Source: Chrysomallon squamiferum (lineage: Eukaryota > Animalia > Mollusca). From it: a stretch of DNA of 64,000 bases. The DNA lies in contig CM022665.1 of assembly GCA_012295275.1 (NCBI GenBank), forward strand, positions 39,742,001-39,806,000. The letters run 5' to 3'. This document shows positions 49,761 to 64,000 of this stretch, piece after piece. The translations under genes were made by a program, and so were the position numbers. The notes under the pieces are model-generated. The model was given only the letters and a program-made list of their open reading frames with translations. It had not been told where the DNA came from and made no database searches. Within the stretch, counting starts at the first letter, position 1, and each line of letters opens with the position of its first letter.

Positions 49761-51527
49761 ATAAACAGCAGGTAAAAACAATAATATCTACACGGGTTCG
49801 TGAAAGTAAAACACAACAATTTTTGTTTTAATATGTAGGTACACCCAAAAGGGTTAGACGACATAAAGATAAATTGGTTAACAGGTACAAAACCCTACAA
49901 AAACGTGTAGGGTTAGAACGATTATTGATTACATTGTTATGACTAGGTAAACACGATAATCGTCTCTACACAGTAATGCACAAGTAAAACGTAACAGACT
50001 ATCAGATAACCAAAATGTGAGCGAACAGAGTTTTGCTTAAACAAAATTGCGTAAAATTCTGTATAAACAGGAAAACAGGATATGTAAAAAAAAAAAAAAA
50101 AAAATGTCTGATTTTTCTAAAAAAAAAAAAAAAAAAATTTTTTTTTTTTTTCATTCATTCATTCATTCAAATCACTGCTGCTACAAAAAGGTGACCAATG
50201 GCGTCCAGTTTGTTAGCTATACAGGTTAACAACGTAGCGTTTACGTAATTAACTAACTAATATTTATTTTTCGACCAAATGGCATTTTCACCGTCTGGGA
50301 ATTTGACCAAATGGCACGACACTCGCAAAGATAGTGGAACTGATGTACGCAGATGTACAAATACAAAAGGTAATAAGGTAGTAATTTGCCGGTAACTGTC
50401 AGCAAATTTTTGAAGATAACGAACGAAACACTAAGACGATTCACAAGTATAATGATTCATAGATAAGTCAACATTTTTTTTGGTTTAATCAGTCTCTGAA
50501 GAGAAAAGAAGATTTATTATTCACATTGCAGGTAAATTTAATTAAGTTAAAATATTACTGAATAAAACAGTACAGCCGTAGTGTTTATACAAAACTTCGA
50601 GGGTGTCGTAAATTATTTGTACTGTGGAAATATAATAAATATTTAACGAAAACGTGCGTGTTTGTTGTTTGATGGCAGTAAACCAAATACAATGTGTTTT
50701 AATAAAAAAAAGTATATACTTATTTCAGTTTTGTGATACACTTTATTTATTTATACTAAAATGTAAATTTCTTTTATTTTATTCTGTTATTATAATTGTT
50801 GATTATCTTACCGTATCATTTATTTATTTATTTATTTAGTTATTTCTTCACCATGGTTTTGCTACTGGTATCTACCCCGGGATACCAGAGTTCTAATCCC
50901 GGCAGTGCGCTGGACTACCACTTTTGCTTTTTGCCTCTTTTTCAATACGCTTTGTTTATCCGTGTCTGAAATTCCACCTTTCATGGGTGCGCTCTACTGA
51001 CAGTGTTAATTGTGTTTGTGGTCTAAGTCACAAGAGGTGACTGTACAATATTATCATAATTATGACCGTTAAAAAAAAAAAAAAAAAAAGAGAAGAAAAT
51101 ATTTGTCAATGCATATATGATATATGTACATGTGTATTTAGTATGAATGTATGTAGGTATGTATGTTTGTTTGTTTGTAAGTATGTACGTCTATATGAAC
51201 AACAACAACAACAATAATGTAAGGAATTATTTTAATGATGACGATGCTGATGGTTGTTATAACAGAAGCAAAGAAAATATTTATCAGTAAAACCTGATAA
51301 CAATGCCGACGATGATGATGGCGATAAGATTAACGGCCATAATTAAAATAGCTAGCAAAAAAGTTACTAAATAAATAAATATTTAATCATTTTATATTTG
51401 TTCTATTTTCCAAAACAGTCACTCGTGTTACTTTCTTGCTGAACATGTATTTTGTTATCTCAGTCTACAGTCTTCTTCTCCAGTGGTAAAGGAATTAGTC
51501 CAAGGTGAAGGTCACAGACGGTGAAGG

Positions 51528-51607
51528 TCAATGACTCATGGACAGCACAAATTCTGAAGCAAAAGAGGAAAAGAAAACAGCATGAATATATATATATGTG
51601 TGTATGG

Positions 51608-51654
<47 letters not shown>

Positions 51655-51941
51655 AATGATGTATCGCCATAATTTGTGTATATTTAATATCAGTTCACCT
51701 TCGTAGTTGATGAAGCCAGTGCCATCGAGGTCTGCCTGTCGTATGAGTTCGTCAGCCTCCACGTCGTTCAGACAGTCGCCTATTGTCATCAGCACCTTGC
51801 GCATGTCGACGACGCTGACGAAGCCGTTGTTGTCCTTGTCAAAAATCTTGAAGTATTTGATGATTTCCTGATCTGATTCTGGCTGCCTCATTCTTGATGA
51901 CATCGCTCCAACAAACTGCTTAAAACCGATCTTTCCTTTAC
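51528..51941 (-). CDS. Orphan divergent CaM-like exon 4 (51699-51941) and terminal exon 5 (51528-51553) (module G), encoding the end of EF2, the linker and a C-lobe
   Basis: tag|GT...GAAG|gtgaac is exactly 243 nt, phase 1/1, and encodes (G)KGKIGFKQFVGAMSSRMRQPESDQEIIKYFKIFDKDNNGFVSVVDMRKVLMTIGDCLNDVEADELIRQADLDGTGFINYE. It is followed by cag|AATTTGTGCTGTCCATGAGTCATTGA = (E)FVLSMSH*. No dedicated exons 1-3 found. Confidence 0.85.
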
Positions 51942-52018
51942 CTAGTCCAATATATAAACAGAGACACATGTTTTTTTTGTATTTGTGTATATGTAAGAAC
52001 ATATATTATCTATATATT

Positions 52019-52062
<44 letters not shown>

Positions 52063-52702
52063 TATGTGGATGACTGACTGTAGGTTCGTGCGTGTATGTA
52101 TGCATGTATTAACATGTATGATCGTGTGTAATCGTGTATGTGATAATGTTTGTATGAGTACACAATTTTAATTATAAGTTTATTCACAGTGCATAGCAGG
52201 GCCACTGATAAATCTCACGGGAAAAGAGCCCTTTTGCGCGATGTGCAGAACTGATCCTTCAACTCAGTATGACTGTCATGCGCAGTAGTGCGGAACCATA
52301 CATTGCACTTCATACACCCAGATACGACCATGCATGCACACATATATACAAAAATACGCTCGTACACAAATACATGCATATATACATGCAGATAAACACA
52401 ATACATATATACATAAATAAATATACACACAGTTAACAAAGATAATTATTCACACAGTAAAGGTATTTTGTTGATTATTTTTATTAAATATATAATAATA
52501 AATATACATTGTATATAAATAACTAATATATATGTAACTTGAGAGGTATTTCGTTTTTAACACAGGTAGAAATGACAGCAACGTCTAAATATAACAAATA
52601 AATAAAGTAACAAATAATAATAACGAGACAGAATGAATGAAAGATATGAAAAGAAATAAAGATGAAGAAAGATAAACAGAGAGAGAATGAATGAAAGATA
52701 TG

Positions 52703-52780
<78 letters not shown>

Positions 52781-53043
52781 GGCAACGGAAATAAAATGTA
52801 TGTAAATGAATATGTCACATTAACTAGATTTGTTTTCATAGGTAGATAACTCTACTTATATTGAGTATATAGAAAAATTTGGCAGTTCTAGAGAAGTTTC
52901 AGTAAAAGAAAAATACGATTGTTTTTTTTGGTTTTTTTTTTGGTTGTTGTTTTTTTAGTTTTATGCTGTATCAGTTTGTTTCTAGAATATCACTGTTTCA
53001 TCTTCAGATGAGTCATGGCAAGAATTTTGTTCCACCTTTTCTA

Positions 53044-60285
<7,242 letters not shown>

Positions 60286-60543
60286 TGTTCAAGGAAAATC
60301 GACAATCAGGTGAAGTGCTGATAACAAAATAAATATATCTCAATAATTATATATTTTATTTGTTTACACTAATTCCTTTATCATGTACCGCTACACTGGT
60401 ACGTAAAAACGAAATCACCTGGTATATTACTCTCTTTGATAACTGCGGTGATATACCGTTACAATTTCGATCCCGTTAGATCGAAAAGAAATACCTTTTT
60501 TTTTTTTCTTTTTTTTTTCTCTCTTTTCTTTTTCTTATTTCTT

Positions 60544-60582
<39 letters not shown>

Positions 60583-61148
60583 TGTGACGTCCCACTTGAT
60601 AAAGAGCGTATATTATGAAGCTAACGGTTACCCTGAGGAACACACACACACGTATCAATATAAATACATACAATAGGTTTTGACGTATTGACAAAATCAA
60701 GCGAATCCAAACTTGTATTTTTCTTTTGAAAGAAACTCAGCCATCAAAGGGTATTTTTGTCACAACGGGGAAAGCGGCGGCTGTGTGGCAGTTTGGTCAG
60801 AACACGTAGATTCAGTGGTTGTTGTTTGTTTGGCTGATAACGCGGGTATATTCAATCAAATCTTTCTGACACAGATATCGGAGTCGTGTTCTGTCAGACT
60901 CGAAGTGCAGTGTTTAGAAAGTTTGTTAAGCTTTGACTTACATTAATTTTGAAGACGTCAGAGTAGATTTTTTTTTTTATCTCTTTGGAAGAACCCTTTT
61001 TCAAATGCACTACAGCAGCAACAACAACAACATCTACTACATCTGCAACTACTATTATTATTACTACTATTATTCATAATGCTACTATTACTACCTCTAC
61101 TACTATTACTGCTACTGTTACAATACTACGAGCACTGTTATTATAGTC

Positions 61149-61181
<33 letters not shown>

Positions 61182-61360
61182 CATCATTATTATTAGCATC
61201 ATAATCACTATGTTAACATAACATAATCTACGAAAAGTAATTTAATACATTTTGTTATAATAATTAACATGGTTTATAAATTTAAGGCGATAGCCATGTC
61301 AGTATTGGATGACTTTTAAATATAACAGTAATTAAGTCAAAATAACTAACTTTTGTTCGA

Positions 61361-61425
61361 AGCCCACATAGGGACTCGAACCCTGGACCCTCATATTAAA
61401 AGTCTGATGCTCTACCGACAGGCTA
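61361..61425 (-). pseudogene. tRNA-Lys(UUU) pseudogene, 5'-truncated
   Basis: The minus strand reads TAGCCTGTCGGTAGAGCATCAGACTTTTAATATGAGGGTCCAGGGTTCGAGTCCCTATGTGGGCT, matching the metazoan tRNA-Lys(TTT) body. The 5' acceptor strand is missing, the D stem is altered and the anticodon stem has a mismatch (TCAGA/TATGA). Confidence 0.8.
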
Positions 61426-61920
61426 CAACAATCAAAACATAACCACATAGAAAAAGAAAGTGAGAAAGAAAGAAAGAAAACCGAAAGAGAAAAATGATCG
61501 AAAAAAAAAAGAGGAAAAAATTGGTTGTAATTTTTTTGGTCATACTTTATTATTAGCAAACACTGAAGTCCTGTGGCAAATAATAATAATAATAATAAAA
61601 TATAAATAAATAAAAAATAATAATAGTAAACACAAATGTGTTAAATACACGATTTGTTTTATGTTTTGAAGATTTTTTTAAAATCATGATATGAAGATGA
61701 TAACTTGTGATAACCTTTTTGAGGTGTTGGTGCTGGCTTTTGTTTTTTGTTTGTTTGTTTTTTGATATTTCTCAGTTCAAAGATACTTGAAGATACAAGT
61801 TCTGGAACATTGTAAGAGATTATGTGTTGTTTTTTTTAAATTCTCTATTTTAAGTTATTTGACTTCACAGTTCTGTGGTCGACAGACTCAGTTTGTGTTT
61901 TCAAGATCTTTGATGTTTCG

Positions 61921-62287
61921 TCATTTCTTACTCATCATTGCAACAAACTCTGTAAATAAATAAATGTATGAATAAATAAAAAATATAAGATAAACAAATA
62001 AATAAATAATAAACAATACAAATACAAAATAAACTAAAACTATATGAATAAAAGTGAAATGAATTTAAGCAAAATGAAATGAACGAATGAATAAATAAAT
62101 AAATAAATAAAAATTTAATTATAACTCTACAGAATGACATAAATTAATAATGCAAAATAAATGAGAAAAAAACAAGGACAAAAGCAACAACAAACAACAA
62201 ACAAAAAACAACAACAAAACAAACAAACCACAAACCACAAACAAGAAACAAAAAACAAAACAAAACAACAACAACAACAAAAAAAAC

Positions 62288-62318
<31 letters not shown>

Positions 62319-63520
62319 AAAATACTGTTCTACAGAAAAACAACAATATAATAATAATAATAATAATAATAACAACAACAATAATAAAAACACTTCACAG
62401 ACTGACCTTCATAATCAATCTCGCCGTTGCCGTCGTTGTCGGCTTCCCTGACCATCTCCTCGACCTCCTCGTCCGTGAGTTTCTGTCCGAGGTTGGTCAA
62501 CACTAATCTGAGCTCCGCGGCACTGATGGATCCACTTCCGTCCTTGTCAAACACCCTGAACGCTTGTCTCATGTCCTCCTCGCTGTCCATGCATTCCGCC
62601 ATCTGACGCGACACCATGGCCAGGAATTCGTTAAACTCAATGCTTCCGTTGCCTGGGGAAAAAAAAAAAAAAAAAATAAATTTAAAGAAATAGCCGTTCA
62701 GTTTTACGTGATGCATATATATTAGAGATTTAGTTTAGTTTAGTTTCTCGAGTTCTCGGTACGAAAGAATGTAAAAATACAGTGGTACCTGTCTAATACG
62801 GACACCTGTGGGGCCGAGCAAAAATGTCCGTACATTGCAGGTGTCCCCTCATCAGAGGGACAAAAATTACAGAGAGGTTTTTTTTGGAACAGATTTTACA
62901 ATCTTTATTCACATACACGGCAGCAGTACTCGTTGATATTGCCGTAGCAAAAACATCGCGGATTTGTTTTAAAACACAACTGCCAATATATGGAGTTCAT
63001 TTATTTTGCACGTCATAAAACTCATAATAAGCATATGTTTTACAAAATATTGCGTTTGAAAACCAAATAGAACTCCGATTTGTGCCAGTCGCACCTTCTT
63101 TTCGACCTCAAAAGACCGCTATGATGCGGTGTTTATAAAACATAAATATGCTTAGAATGATGTTGAATGACTGAGTTATCAAAATTATACCTTTTATGTT
63201 AGATAATAATCACAGATGGTTATTACATTTATTTCAAAATTATTTTTATCTTGACATCATTTTAAATAACGATTTGTACAAAATGTTTGAATTTCTCTTT
63301 CTTTAAGTTGTTGTTGATGTTGCTGGGATGATATCAGTTACGTAATACAAAAAACAGAATTTGAATTTCTACACACCATCGACGTCTACCTCGTTGATCA
63401 TGTTCTGCAGCTCATCTTCCGTTGGTGTTTGACCTAGTGACCTCATTACAGTTGCCAGCTCTTTAGTGCTTATGGCGCCACTTCCGTCTTTGTCAAATAA
63501 ACTGAAAGCTTCCCTGATAT
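61921..63520 (-). CDS. Calmodulin-like (gene F), exons 3-5 (63377-63520, 62407-62652, 61921-61949); exons 1-2 beyond the right edge
   Basis: Exons of 144/246/29 nt encode (D)[138 protein letters not shown]. All four EF loops are plausible Ca2+ binders, and the central linker has one extra codon. Confidence 0.9.
62780..62880. mobile_element. Single terminal fragment of a Tc1/mariner-pogo-like MITE in intron 3 of gene F
   Basis: TA|CAGTGGTACCTGTCTAATACGGACACCTG...TGTCCGTA...CAGGTGTCC, with an internal inverted repeat typical of such termini; partner end not found. Confidence 0.45.
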
Positions 63521-64000
63521 CTGTTTTTGTAATATAATATAATATAATATAATTTGCAGTGTAATGCAATGTAATATAGTATAATATAAAGCAATAAAAA
63601 TGAAAATAAAAATAGATGTTGTAATTATTGAACGGGATCCATAGCGGGTTCTGCTATATTTATTTCGAGAGACTAAAACTTTCTCGCACACATCTACATT
63701 TAACTATAGACTAAAACAGCTGAGGTTCAGACACTCAGTTCAGTTAACCCATAATAGTATTCTGTGTATTAGCAGATGTCATGTTGCCCGGGCATCTAAC
63801 TTTTTCCATAGCTTAGGGCCTCGCGACATGTAAACCCCGCCCCTTGTGACACTTGTCCAATAGCAAGCTTGCTTCCTGACATGATAGACAGATCGTAGAT
63901 CACGCGTGTCACTGCCTGCCATGTTTAGACACTGCACGTCAAATGCAGGGAGTTTACCAGTTTAAATTTCTGGGTCAAAGCATGGTGGAGTGTATCATAA

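Noticed and set aside
50865-50910. 8-bp hairpin (CTGGTATC/GATACCAG) followed by B-box-like GAGTTCTAATCCC
   Set aside because: No cloverleaf can be built; at most a very degraded tRNA or SINE head.
52220-52236. Minus-strand AAAAGGGCTCTTTTC resembling the 5' half of the histone mRNA stem-loop
   Set aside because: The 3' arm (AGAGCC) is absent and there is no histone ORF upstream.

Overview
AT-rich, microsatellite-dense eukaryotic (invertebrate, probably molluscan) genomic DNA containing a tandem cluster of intron-containing calmodulin (CaM) and CaM-like EF-hand genes. All share one architecture: ATG-only exon 1, then coding exons of about 31, 144, 243 and 29 nt. By hand splicing I find gene A (-, exons 1-2 only, the rest runs off the left edge), gene B (+, strongly diverged 148-aa CaM-like), gene C (-, 150-aa CaM), gene D (+, near-canonical CaM with a 1-nt frameshift in this sequence), gene E (-, 150-aa CaM-like) and gene F (-, exons 3-5, start off the right edge). 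An orphan, highly diverged exon 4/exon 5 pair (G) lies just downstream of gene E with no exons 1-3 of its own, and is a candidate alternative C-terminal lobe. The window also has two tRNA-Leu(CAG) genes inside intron 1 of gene A, a tRNA-Lys(UUU) pseudogene, several MITE-like DNA-transposon relics, degenerate minisatellites and many microsatellites. Paralog exons show patchwork nucleotide identity consistent with gene conversion. Almost all ORFs in the supplied track are simple-repeat artefacts. Coordinates were counted by hand and no database search was possible.
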